Source: Gemmatimonadota bacterium
Lineage (GTDB): Bacteria; Gemmatimonadota; Gemmatimonadetes; Gemmatimonadales; GWC2-71-9
NCBI GenBank assembly: GCA_039591655.1
Contig: JBDHDE010000001.1
Span: 1-64,000, forward strand
Direction: 5' to 3'
Length of the DNA: 64,000 bases
In this document: in pieces, positions 11,951 through 20,907 of the stretch
Layout: each line of letters opens with the position of its first letter
Numbering within the stretch: the stretch's first letter is position 1
Notes under the pieces: model-generated
What the model saw: the letters and a program-made list of their open reading frames with translations, nothing else
What the model was told of the DNA's origin: nothing
The model's database searches: none
Program-made: the position numbers and the translations under genes

Positions 11951-12156
11951 GTCTCCTGGCGCCGCCGCCGCACGAGACGATAGGAGAGGTCGCCGCCGGT
12001 GAGGTTCTCGAGCGACCGGGTGGTGAGCTTCTTCTCCTCCAACGAGCGATCTCTGGGGAACTCGTTGATGAAGCGTGCGAACTTCGCCGCCACCAGCACG
12101 CCCAGATACTTGTTGCCGGCGCGGCTCGCCACCTCGGTCGGGGTGAAGATCTGCAT
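11947..12156 (-). CDS. rpoZ: RNA polymerase omega subunit
   Basis: 69 aa, GNKYLGVLVAAKFAR, canonical position between gmk and coaBC. Confidence 0.88.
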   Translation of the reverse strand: MQIFTPTEVASRAGNKYLGVLVAAKFARFINEFPRDRSLEEKKLTTRSLENLTGGDLSYRLVRRRRQET

Positions 12157-12175
12157 CAGCTGCTCCTCGTACGGC

Positions 12176-12817
12176 TCAGGGTGTGAGTTCGCTTGCCTTT
12201 ATTGCCAGGTCCGCGCGCAGCTTGTCGATCATGGCGGCCAGGTCCGGCCTCCTGGCTGTGCGCTGCTCCTCGGCGTCGATAATCGCCGCCACGGTGGCGA
12301 CGGCCGTGTCCAGGTCGTCGTTCACCACCACGTGGTCGTACGTTGCGGCTTGCTGGAGTTCTGTGTCGGCCTGAATCAGACGCCGGGAGAGCGCCTCCCG
12401 GTCGTCCGCGGCCCGTCCCTGGAGCCGACCCACCAGTGCGTCCGCAGACGGTGGCAGGACAAAGATACTCACAACATCGCTCCTGCGCTGCCGGATTTGA
12501 GCGGCGCCCTGGACCTCGATGTCCAGCATCACGTGCCGGCCCTGGGCCAACATGCGGTCGACCTCATCCTCCAGCGTCCCGTAGAGGTGCCCGCTGTACT
12601 CCGCCGACTCCAGGAAACCTCCCTCGGTGACGCGCCGCATGAACTCGTCTTGCGAGAGGAAGTGATAGTCCACCCCGTCCTGCTCAGTGGACCGCGGCGG
12701 GCGGGTGGTGGCGGACACGCTGAACCCCAGGTCGTCCCGGCGCTCGAGCAAGGCGCGGGCGATGGTGGTCTTGCCGGCTCCCGAGGGAGACGAGAGGACG
12801 ACGAGAAACGGGCTCAC
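12176..12817 (-). CDS. gmk: Guanylate kinase
   Basis: SSPSGAGKTT, SVSATTRPPR, DGVDYHF, YGT, LDIEVQGA. Confidence 0.97.
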   Translation of the reverse strand: MSPFLVVLSSPSGAGKTTIARALLERRDDLGFSVSATTRPPRSTEQDGVDYHFLSQDEFMRRVTEGGFLESAEYSGHLYGTLEDEVDRMLAQGRHVMLDIEVQGAAQIRQRRSDVVSIFVLPPSADALVGRLQGRAADDREALSRRLIQADTELQQAATYDHVVVNDDLDTAVATVAAIIDAEEQRTARRPDLAAMIDKLRADLAIKASELTP

Positions 12818-13689
12818 TCGAGGTTCTCCACCTGCTCGCGCACCTTTTCCAGCTCGCCCTTCATGCCGATCACCGTCTGGGAGATCTCCACGTCATTGGC
12901 CTTGGAGCCGATCGTGTTGACCTCCCGCAGCATCTCCTGCCCCAGGAAGGCGAGGCGCCGCCCCACGGCTCCGTCGCCCCCCAGCGCATCGCGGCACGCC
13001 GCGAAGTGCGCCTTCAAGCGGACGGCCTCCTCGGTGACGTCCAGCTTGTCTGCCAGCAGCGCGATCTCCTGACCGAGGCGGTCCTCGTCCAGGGGCCGCC
13101 CATCCAACAGCTCCCGCACTGCGTCCCGCAGCCGGTCCCGCTCCCGCTCGAGTCGCCGTGGCGCTTGGGCCTCGATGGTTCCGAGCGCGGTCTCCAGATT
13201 GGCGAGCCGGGTCTCCAGCTCCCGATGCAGCGCAGTCCCCTCCTGCTCACGCATGGCGATCACGGCGTCCAACGCACCGTCGAGCAGCGCCAGCAGCCCG
13301 GCCTGGTCCAACACCGGCTCTTCGGTCTCACCGGGACTCAGCACTTCGGGCTGGCGCGCCACGAAGCCGAGATCGATCTCCCCCCGCAGGCCGAGGGCCG
13401 TCTTGAGCTCCGTCAGGGCCGCCACCACGGCTCGGGCTCGCTCCAGGTTCAGAGTGATGGCAGCTGCCCGGGGCGGCTCGAGGCTCCACCGCGCGGTGAG
13501 GGTGACGTGGCCCCGTTCCAGACGCTCGCGCAGCCGGCCCCGAAGCTCCGCTTCGAACCGCTGCAACCCGAAGGGCAGCTTGAACTGCACGCTGAAGTGG
13601 CGGTGGTTGACGGTGCGGATCTCGACGGCGAGGCGGCCCCCGCCCAGCGGCCCGTCGCTCGCACCGAACCCCGTCATGGACTTGAGCAC
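12814..13689 (-). CDS. yicC: YicC/YloC family endoribonuclease
   Basis: SMTGFG, EIRTVNHR, DKLDVTEE..RL..H, GRRLAFLGQEMLREVNTIGSKA, KVREQVENLE. Confidence 0.95.
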   Translation of the reverse strand: MLKSMTGFGASDGPLGGGRLAVEIRTVNHRHFSVQFKLPFGLQRFEAELRGRLRERLERGHVTLTARWSLEPPRAAAITLNLERARAVVAALTELKTALGLRGEIDLGFVARQPEVLSPGETEEPVLDQAGLLALLDGALDAVIAMREQEGTALHRELETRLANLETALGTIEAQAPRRLERERDRLRDAVRELLDGRPLDEDRLGQEIALLADKLDVTEEAVRLKAHFAACRDALGGDGAVGRRLAFLGQEMLREVNTIGSKANDVEISQTVIGMKGELEKVREQVENLE

Positions 13690-13757
13690 GAGGCGTTACC
13701 CTGTCACCGGGTTTCTGGGGCAACAACGTAGCCGAAGTTCCGCCATGCGCAATCCGC

Positions 13758-15548
13758 CTAGCTGGAGAACACCCAAGTGACCCCGAACAGCTGGGCGTTC
13801 CCGGGCTGTGGCAACCGCGGCACGAATCCCTCCTCGCTCAGACGGGCGTTGCGCAGGTTCCAGAACACCGTGAAGCTCATGATCTGCAGCGAGGCGTGAA
13901 TGTCCCAGAACGTTGCTCCGGGGAGGCCCACCAGATCGCCGTCGACGTCGAGGCCCGCGGTGCCCCGGCCCCAGCTCTCCGTCGCCAGCTGGACCCTGAG
14001 GTCGAATGCCCCGCTGCGGAACGTGCGCCAGAACTTGGAGCGGAAGGTCAGCTCGGCCCGGACGTGTCGGGGGGGCTGGAAATCGGCGGGCGTTCCCTCG
14101 ATGGGATCGGAGTACCACCCGGAAAGCGTGATCGCCGAGCTGGGACGCACGTGGAGATCCGCCACCAGGTAGGTCGCCGGCGGCGAGGGCCGGAGCTCGG
14201 TGATGAGCGTGAGGTCGGGATACGCCCGCGGGTCGTAGGCGTCACGCCGCACGAGGCCGACCCATCCCGTCACCGGCCGGAGGTCCACCCCGGCCCGCAC
14301 GCCGTAGTCCGCCGTGGCGATGGTCGTATCGTCCAACAGGGCCGGCGCCTGGAGCGCGTCCTGCCATGTAGCCTCGCCGACCAATGAGAAGGGACCACGG
14401 TACAGCCCTGCCGACGCGTGCAGGCTCCACGAGGTCCGGTCCCCCGTGTGACGGCGCCAGCGGCCGTCACTGGTGAGCACGATGCCGGGTAGGGGTACCC
14501 AATTGAGATTGCCCTCCACTGCCCAGTGCGTGCGGGCGTCCGCCACCCGGCCGCGCAGCCCCGCCGTCCAGTTCGCCGCTGCATAGCGTAGCCCCAGCCA
14601 CGCCTGCCGCAGCTGCTGGTCGGGAACGCCGCTCCCCGAATCGGCGCTCCACGACGTGGAGCCGAACCCACCCTCCGTCGCGAACCCCAATCCGTCGCCG
14701 CGGGTCCGAGCGTACAGATTGAGCAGGTAATCGGTGCGCGTCCCCTTGCGCTCGGGGACTGCCGGGACTCCGGCGGCGAGGACCGCCTCCCGGTCGTGCT
14801 CTTGGCGGATGATCTGGTACGTTGCCCCGACCCGGTCCGAGGGATTCCAGGCGAGCTTCGCCCACAGATCGAACTGGTCGCTCTTGGCGGTGTTCTGAGG
14901 CCCGTCGCTGCCCAGGAAATGGGCAGCCAGGTCCACGCCGAACCCCGACTGCCAGCGCTTCTGGAACAGGGCCGTGTAGGCGGCGCTCTTGAAGCTCCCC
15001 GACATGACCCGGATCTTGGACCTCGCAGAGCGCGTCTCGTGCCGCTCCGAGACCAGGAACACCCGGAGCTTGCTGGGCAGCACCTCGACGTCCACCCGCT
15101 GCAAGTAGGTGAGGGGTAGGCGCCCGGGGTCTACGAACAGGGTGTCCCCGCCCACCGGCTCATACAGCATGCCGTCCCAGTACACCTCCAGCGCGCTGCC
15201 CCCGCGGCCTCCGTACTGCACGTATTCCGGCTCGCCCAGCAGGCCGGCTCGCGTGACGTACACCCCCGGGATCTCAGCCAGCAGCTCTCCCAGGCTCTGA
15301 GCCCGGGACCACAGAATGGAGTCGCGGGTGAAGGTGTAGCGGGCGGCGGGAGGCAGGGGCCCCCTGGGTACAACCGCGGGCTCCACTGCGAGGGTGGCGG
15401 GAGGTGCCGGTTGCTCCTCTTCCTGCAGGGCCGTGGCTGAGTCGGGGGGCGCCAGTGTGGTGTCCTGAGCGGCCAGGGCCCCGGTGGAGAGACTAAGCGT
15501 GGTGAGGAGGGCTGCAGTGAAGCCGGGAACCCGCCCGCGCCGCGTCAC
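13758..15548 (-). CDS. Outer-membrane beta-barrel protein with TonB-plug-like N-terminal domain (putative porin/receptor)
   Basis: GTG at 15548 overlaps the pepA stop. Signal peptide (..GALAAQ), plug-like LGELLAEIPGVYV..VYWDG..LQRVDV, amphipathic beta-strands, terminal GVTWVFSS. Confidence 0.7.
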   Translation of the reverse strand: MTRRGRVPGFTAALLTTLSLSTGALAAQDTTLAPPDSATALQEEEQPAPPATLAVEPAVVPRGPLPPAARYTFTRDSILWSRAQSLGELLAEIPGVYVTRAGLLGEPEYVQYGGRGGSALEVYWDGMLYEPVGGDTLFVDPGRLPLTYLQRVDVEVLPSKLRVFLVSERHETRSARSKIRVMSGSFKSAAYTALFQKRWQSGFGVDLAAHFLGSDGPQNTAKSDQFDLWAKLAWNPSDRVGATYQIIRQEHDREAVLAAGVPAVPERKGTRTDYLLNLYARTRGDGLGFATEGGFGSTSWSADSGSGVPDQQLRQAWLGLRYAAANWTAGLRGRVADARTHWAVEGNLNWVPLPGIVLTSDGRWRRHTGDRTSWSLHASAGLYRGPFSLVGEATWQDALQAPALLDDTTIATADYGVRAGVDLRPVTGWVGLVRRDAYDPRAYPDLTLITELRPSPPATYLVADLHVRPSSAITLSGWYSDPIEGTPADFQPPRHVRAELTFRSKFWRTFRSGAFDLRVQLATESWGRGTAGLDVDGDLVGLPGATFWDIHASLQIMSFTVFWNLRNARLSEEGFVPRLPQPGNAQLFGVTWVFSS

Positions 15549-17035
15549 CCCCCGGCGCGCCCCAGGACGAACTCGGTGAACAGGCGGACCCCGACGCCCG
15601 TGGGGCCCTTCGCCATGTCGGCCCGGTCGCCCTCGGTCCACGCGGTCCCGGCGATGTCCAGGTGCGCCCACGGGAAGCTCTCTACGAACTCGCGCAGGAA
15701 CCAACCTGCCGTGATGCTGCCCCCTGGGCGCCCGCCGATGTTCTTGACGTCGGCGATGTCCGACTTGAGCTGCTCGCGATACTCGTCCCATAGGGGCAGC
15801 GGCCAGCACCGCTCGCCTCCCCGGTCGCCGGCGTGCCGCACCTCGTCGAGCAGTTGGTCGTCGTTGCCCATGAGCCCGGAGGCGTGGTGTCCCAGTGCGA
15901 TCACGACGGAGCCCGTGAGTGTCGCGGCGTCCACCACGCAGGCCGGCTTGAAGCGGCGGGCGTGAGCGAGCGCGTCGCACAGGATGAGACGGCCCTCGGC
16001 GTCGGTGTTGACGATCTCGATTGTCTTGCCGTACAGGCTGCGCACGATGTCGCCCGGCTTGATCGCGGTGCCGGAGGGGAGGTTCTCGGTGGCGGGGATG
16101 ATGCCCACGACGTTCGCCTTTGGCTTCAGGTGGGCGAGCGCCTCGAACAGGCCGAGGACGGCCGCCGCCCCCGACATGTCGTACTTCATCTCCTCCATCT
16201 TCTCAGCGGGTTTGATGGAGATGCCGCCGGAGTCGAAGGTGACCCCCTTCCCCACGAAGCAGAGCGGCGCGCTCCGCCCCGCGCCCCGGTACTCCAGGGT
16301 GATGAAGCGGGGCTCCTGGCGCGTGCCCTGCGCCACCGCCAACAGGGCGCCCATCCCGGCCTTGGCCATCTGCACCCGGTTGAGCACGGTGATCTTGTAG
16401 CCGTAGGCCTTCCCCAGCTTGCGGGCGATGTCCGCCAGGTAGCTAGGCGTGCAGACGTTGCCGGGCAGCGCCTGGAGGTTGCGGGCAAGAAAATGGCCGC
16501 TGGCGGTTGCCGCGCCGATCTTCCGTCCCCGCTCGATGTCGCTCCGCTCCTCTCGTGTGGCGATGATCTCCAGGACCCGCAGGCCCTTCTTCCTATCCGT
16601 GGCCTTGAGGGCGCTGAACTGCCATCCACCCTGTGCCACGCCCTCCACCAACACCTGTCCGATGACCTTCGTGGGCACCCCGCCGTGGGTCGGGTGGGCC
16701 AGGTGGAAAGCGAGGGCCTCGGCCTCCAGCTCGAGCGCCTTGCGGGCCGCGATGGCCGCGCCGCGCCGGATCGCACCGCGCGTGATCTCTGCCTGGGTAC
16801 CCAGCCCCACCAGGAGGAGGCGCTTGGCCCCCTGCTTGGGATAGATGAGGCTGACCTGGTCGCGCTTCCCTGTGAAGTCGCCGCTGGCAATGAGTCGGGC
16901 CAGCTCTCCACCCGTGGCACTGTCCAGGCCGAGCAACGAGCTCGGGACCTTGCCGTTGGTCAGCTCGCCCACGGCCACCGCCAGCATGGGTGCCGAGGTG
17001 CGCTCGAGGGGGACGACCTTGACGGATGATTTCAC
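15545..17035 (-). CDS. pepA: Leucyl aminopeptidase (M17)
   Basis: VGKGVTFDSGGISIKP, MKYDMSGAA, NTDAEGRLILCD, AHLDIAG. Confidence 0.97.
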   Translation of the reverse strand: MKSSVKVVPLERTSAPMLAVAVGELTNGKVPSSLLGLDSATGGELARLIASGDFTGKRDQVSLIYPKQGAKRLLLVGLGTQAEITRGAIRRGAAIAARKALELEAEALAFHLAHPTHGGVPTKVIGQVLVEGVAQGGWQFSALKATDRKKGLRVLEIIATREERSDIERGRKIGAATASGHFLARNLQALPGNVCTPSYLADIARKLGKAYGYKITVLNRVQMAKAGMGALLAVAQGTRQEPRFITLEYRGAGRSAPLCFVGKGVTFDSGGISIKPAEKMEEMKYDMSGAAAVLGLFEALAHLKPKANVVGIIPATENLPSGTAIKPGDIVRSLYGKTIEIVNTDAEGRLILCDALAHARRFKPACVVDAATLTGSVVIALGHHASGLMGNDDQLLDEVRHAGDRGGERCWPLPLWDEYREQLKSDIADVKNIGGRPGGSITAGWFLREFVESFPWAHLDIAGTAWTEGDRADMAKGPTGVGVRLFTEFVLGRAGG

Positions 17036-17087
17036 GCGGTTTCCCCTCTCAGCTCCTGGAGGGTTGCTCTGGGCGCGGCTGTGGAAG

Positions 17088-17119
17088 ACCGCGACGGCAG
17101 GCGGTCCTGCCGTCGCGGT
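17088..17119. repeat. Perfect 13-bp inverted repeat in the pepA/SPFH divergent intergenic region
   Basis: ACCGCGACGGCAG-gcggtc-CTGCCGTCGCGGT. Confidence 0.6.
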
Positions 17120-17228
17120 GGCCTAAGGTTAGCGGAAGGCGAAACCCACGGCAAGTTGGCTCGCGCGCGGCTCGTCCACGCATATTGGCTGATATCACAC
17201 TCATGGATTCATCGCATTGGAGGGCCCT

Positions 17229-18098
17229 ATGCTGTATCTCGGCGGGCTGTTCGTTCTGGTCATCGCTCTCGGAATCGCGGTCTTCAGCGCGCGGACCCGC
17301 ACCATCCAGCGGCTATCGCTCGCGGGGGTCGTGGTGGTGGTGCTGGTCTGGAGCCTGGCCAACAGCGTCACGGTGGTTCCGGCGGGTCACGTTGGCGTCC
17401 AGGACTTCTTCGGGCGGGTGAGCGACCGCTACCTGCAGCCCGGTGTGCGCATCGTGAACCCCATGGTGACGGTGCACAAGATGTCGGTCAGGACCCAGGA
17501 GATCATGGAGACGGCCACCGTGCCCTCGTCGGAGGGGCTGATCGTGCGCCTGGACGTGTCGCTCCTGTTCAATCTGGATCCCGAGCAGGCGCCGGAAGTC
17601 TACCGCACCCTGGGGACCGGCTACCGCGAAGTCTTTGTGATCCCGCAGCTCCGGTCCCACGTCCGCGGCGCCACCGCCTCCTTCGAGGCCAAGGCGTTGT
17701 ACACGGCGGGCAGGGAGGTCATCGCTCAGAGCATCCTGGAGGATCTGGGTCCGGCCTATGGGGAGCGAGGGATGATCAACGCCAACATCCTGCTGCGCAA
17801 CATTGAGCTCCCCCGGGTGGTCTCCGAGGCGATCGAGCAGAAGCTCAAGGCGGAGCAGGAGTCCGAGCAGATGCGGTTCGTGCTGGAGCGCGAGCGGCAG
17901 GAGGCTGAGCGCAAGCGGATCGAGGCCCAGGGCATCGCCGACTTCCAGCGCATCGTGTCCGAGGGAATCGACGAGCGCCTGCTGCGCTGGAAGGGGATCG
18001 AGGCCACCGAGAACCTGGCGACCTCGGAGAACTCCAAGGTCGTGATCGTCGGCGGTCGCGATGGGCTGCCCCTGATCCTGAATACTGGGGAACGCTAG
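17229..18098 (+). CDS. SPFH/prohibitin (band 7) family membrane protein
   Basis: Two N-terminal TMs, VVPAGHVGV..FG, LQPGVRIVNP, C-terminal coiled coil EAERKRIEAQG. GGAGG precedes ATG 17229. Confidence 0.92.
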   Translation: MLYLGGLFVLVIALGIAVFSARTRTIQRLSLAGVVVVVLVWSLANSVTVVPAGHVGVQDFFGRVSDRYLQPGVRIVNPMVTVHKMSVRTQEIMETATVPSSEGLIVRLDVSLLFNLDPEQAPEVYRTLGTGYREVFVIPQLRSHVRGATASFEAKALYTAGREVIAQSILEDLGPAYGERGMINANILLRNIELPRVVSEAIEQKLKAEQESEQMRFVLERERQEAERKRIEAQGIADFQRIVSEGIDERLLRWKGIEATENLATSENSKVVIVGGRDGLPLILNTGER

Positions 18099-18103
18099 GC
18101 CAG

Positions 18104-18580
18104 CTAGACGTGGACCCTGCCTCTGGTGAGCCCCCAGCGCTCCCAGAACGTCAGGTAGTAGAAGCGGGAGCGGTGCTGCGGGACCTTCCACCAGGGGTGC
18201 CGTGGGTTCCTGGCCGGCGGGTCCACGAGGGTGCGGGAAACCGCGATGCGCTTTCCGCAGTAGGGGCAGCGGAACCGCACCACGCCCGGCGCCACCCACC
18301 ACACGTAGGGGGCCTTGGCGCACTCGGGCCAGCCGGGGCAGTTGTGGACCGTTGGGCGATAGTGCTCCGGCTCCTGTCCGACGTACTGGGTGAAGCCACA
18401 GAAGCGGCATTGGTGGTAGTGCCGATCGGGCTCTGCGATGCGGGGCCCGTAGAACCCCGTCCGCCCGCACTCCGGACAGGGCGTGGGGTCGCGCCCTTCG
18501 GCGAAGGTGGCGTAACAGGCCGCGTCCCAATCGGACTCGCTGAATGGGAGGCCCGCCGGTCTTCCCGTCCCGTCAGTCAT
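18104..18580 (-). CDS. Hypothetical multi-zinc-ribbon protein
   Basis: CPECG, CRFCG, HNC..EC, CPYCG. Trp/Tyr-rich, with coding-like composition. Confidence 0.65.
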   Translation of the reverse strand: MTDGTGRPAGLPFSESDWDAACYATFAEGRDPTPCPECGRTGFYGPRIAEPDRHYHQCRFCGFTQYVGQEPEHYRPTVHNCPGWPECAKAPYVWWVAPGVVRFRCPYCGKRIAVSRTLVDPPARNPRHPWWKVPQHRSRFYYLTFWERWGLTRGRVHV

Positions 18581-18736
18581 GGTTTTGGAGTCTGCTGGGG
18601 CCGCGGAGGCGTGGAGGGGGGGCCATGCGATTACTGCAATGGCGCGGCTCTGGTGCCAATCTAGGACCGCACTGCGGCACTCCCTGTGGCGTGCGTCACC
18701 AGGAGGCGCAGGCCGTGTGATGTCGGCGGGCCGGCC

Positions 18737-19429
18737 CTAGTGCGGTGGCAGCGAGACGTGGAGGTGGTCGGCCGTCCCGACGTGACGCAGCGTGCGGAAG
18801 CCCATGAGGCGGAAGTATGCCTTGGTCAAGAGGTTACGCACGCCGCTCCGGTCCAGGCTGCGCAGGTCCATGGCGTGGACGTAGCCATCGTCCTGCACGT
18901 AATGCAGCGAAGCCTCGTAGATCGGCAGGCCCATGGCGACGTAGTCCTGGGGGGTGCGGCCCAGATCGGTGATCACGACGCCCTCGTCCACCAGGATGAG
19001 GGTGCTCACGGCAACCCGGAGCAGCGGGTGCACCTGGGTGTAGTAGTGCCGCACCTCGTCGGACTTGGCGTTGACCGTCGCGAGGAAGAGGAGCGCGTAG
19101 CCGCAGTAGAACAGCACCAACGGGAGCGCCATCCACTTGGCCACGAACCGGACCCTCCCCTTCCCCGTGAGCTTCTTGGAGACCCACACGCCATAGACTG
19201 TGAGCACCAGCAGGGCCAGGAGCGCTCCGCCGCCCAGGGCGAGCCAGGTCGGCATCCCCTGGTGCTGGTACAGGTAGGTGGCAGCACGTAGCAGCACCAC
19301 GAAGGGGAGGCAGAGCAGGACGACCACCTTGGCCGCGAAGCCCAGGATGCCCCAGACCACGCCACGGAACGTGAGTCGCGGTCGCGGTGGCGCCTCCGGG
19401 ATGGTGGTCGGTATTGTCGCTATGTCCAT
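18737..19429 (-). CDS. Membrane-anchored M15-like (Hedgehog/DD-peptidase fold) metallopeptidase, putative
   Basis: Three TM segments, then ITDLGRT..SLHYVQDDGYVHAMDLR..DHLHVS (H..D..HxH zinc-ligand pattern). Confidence 0.6.
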   Translation of the reverse strand: MDIATIPTTIPEAPPRPRLTFRGVVWGILGFAAKVVVLLCLPFVVLLRAATYLYQHQGMPTWLALGGGALLALLVLTVYGVWVSKKLTGKGRVRFVAKWMALPLVLFYCGYALLFLATVNAKSDEVRHYYTQVHPLLRVAVSTLILVDEGVVITDLGRTPQDYVAMGLPIYEASLHYVQDDGYVHAMDLRSLDRSGVRNLLTKAYFRLMGFRTLRHVGTADHLHVSLPPH

Positions 19430-19642
19430 GGTTCCCCCGCTTTCCTCTACGGCCCGTGCGGTCGGCCGGTTTCCGATGCGGGGCGACAGGGGTCGGCCTG
19501 CTGCGGCGCACGCAGTTGCGGTTCGCAGCTGCGGCGTGGTGATTACATTGGTCGGCCACCGGGCTGCGTCGGGGCGGCCGGCACGGGCCGATCACCTCGC
19601 AAGCGTTGGAGGGCACGAAATGATCCGTTCAGGAAGGGGCGT

Positions 19643-19915
19643 ATGAAGCGCGGGCGCCTCCTGCTGTTGTTGGCTGCGCTAGCGGTGTTCGCGGGCTACA
19701 TCATCGTTGGGAGCATGCGCGCGGTGCAGGCCGAGTGCGAGCTGTGCGTGACGTTCCATGGGCAGACCACCTGCCGTCGGGGCTCCGGTGCGGACGAGGC
19801 GGAGGCCCGGCAGGCGGCCCAGAGAGCCGCCTGCGCCGTGATGGCGTCGGGGATGAACCAGAGCATCGCCTGCGGTAACGTGCCGCCCACCAACGTGCAA
19901 TGCCCTCCCCGATGA
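19643..19915 (+). CDS. Small exported Cys-rich hypothetical protein
   Basis: Basic N-terminus plus hydrophobic signal/anchor, 6 Cys, SD AGGAAGG. Confidence 0.7.
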   Translation: MKRGRLLLLLAALAVFAGYIIVGSMRAVQAECELCVTFHGQTTCRRGSGADEAEARQAAQRAACAVMASGMNQSIACGNVPPTNVQCPPR

Positions 19916-19930
19916 CGGTCTAGAGGGCCC

Positions 19931-20230
19931 GTGTCGCACGAACCTCGTCGCGTCGGACCGTGGCTCCGGAGCTACGGCCAGGAGCCCCGCCAGCGGTGGC
20001 GCGAGCGCCTCGTCACGGTCTCGATCGGGCTCACCGTGGCGCTGGTGTTCGGCGCCCTCTCCATCGGCATCCTCTGGGCGTTCGTGCGACAGCCCCTACT
20101 GACCCTGGGCGGGCTCATCCTCGTGTGGGTCGTCGGTATGGCCATCATGATGGTGAAGCGGCAGCGGGCGAGGCTCAGAGACGAGCTCGAACGCCAATCC
20201 CGGAGGGGAGGCGGCCTGGGGCCGCTCTAG
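19931..20230 (+). CDS. Small hypothetical membrane protein (2 TM)
   Basis: Two hydrophobic helices flanked by Arg-rich ends, directly downstream of 19643..19915. Confidence 0.7.
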   Translation: MSHEPRRVGPWLRSYGQEPRQRWRERLVTVSIGLTVALVFGALSIGILWAFVRQPLLTLGGLILVWVVGMAIMMVKRQRARLRDELERQSRRGGGLGPL

Positions 20231-20243
20231 GCTGCGGAGAAGC

Positions 20244-20272
20244 AAAGCGCCCGGCACTGGGCCGGGCGCTTT
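20244..20272. terminator. Probable bidirectional intrinsic terminator (hairpin copy 1)
   Basis: AAAGCGCCCGGC-actgg-GCCGGGCGCTTT between convergent genes. Confidence 0.75.
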
Positions 20273-20285
20273 ACTGACAGAATGG

Positions 20286-20840
20286 CTAGCCCTTGGTCCG
20301 CGCCTTCTTCTTGTCGGGCAGGCCCGGTGTCCCTCCTTGGCCCACGGCTTCACGGATCACCTTGCGGACGTCCACCGCCGTGAACGGCTTCCGGAGGACG
20401 CGATATGCGCCCAGTGCGTGGGCGATGCGTGCAACCTCCACCTTCACCCCGGCCGCGGTCCCGGTCAGCGCCACGAACTCCAACCCTGAGTACTCGTTAC
20501 GGGCTGCTGCCAGGAGCTCGAGGCCCTTGAGGTCGGGGAGGAACAAGTCCACCAGGGCGAGATCGGCGCGGAACTCCTTGAGGACCTCCAGGGCCTCGAA
20601 GCCGTCTGAGGCCTCGTAGACCCGGTGTCCGTCGTGCTCCAGCATGCCCCTGAGCTGCGAACGGGTCATCGGATCGTCGTCCACGATCAACACGCGGGCC
20701 ATCTCCTCGCGGCGATCGCTTCCGCTGCGGCGGTCCCGGCTGACCGGCCGCTCCTCGTGCCGCCGGTCATCCTTGCGCCGGTCCTCGCCCGAGCGCCGAT
20801 CCTTCCGCTTGCGTCGCTCTCCCTTGCGGCGTTCGTCCAT
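20286..20840 (-). CDS. CheY-like response regulator with N-terminal (D/E)RR-repeat extension
   Basis: ATG 20840 with GGGAGGAG SD. REC motifs VLIVDDD, LVDLFLP, ALTG, RKPF. Seven (D/E)RR triplets in the first ~45 aa. Confidence 0.88.
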   Translation of the reverse strand: MDERRKGERRKRKDRRSGEDRRKDDRRHEERPVSRDRRSGSDRREEMARVLIVDDDPMTRSQLRGMLEHDGHRVYEASDGFEALEVLKEFRADLALVDLFLPDLKGLELLAAARNEYSGLEFVALTGTAAGVKVEVARIAHALGAYRVLRKPFTAVDVRKVIREAVGQGGTPGLPDKKKARTKG

Positions 20841-20907
20841 GGCTCCTCCCGTGACGCTCCCGTGCCCGGCGGGCGTGTCGGCCCGCCGTGATCCACCCGG
20901 GAAGCTC

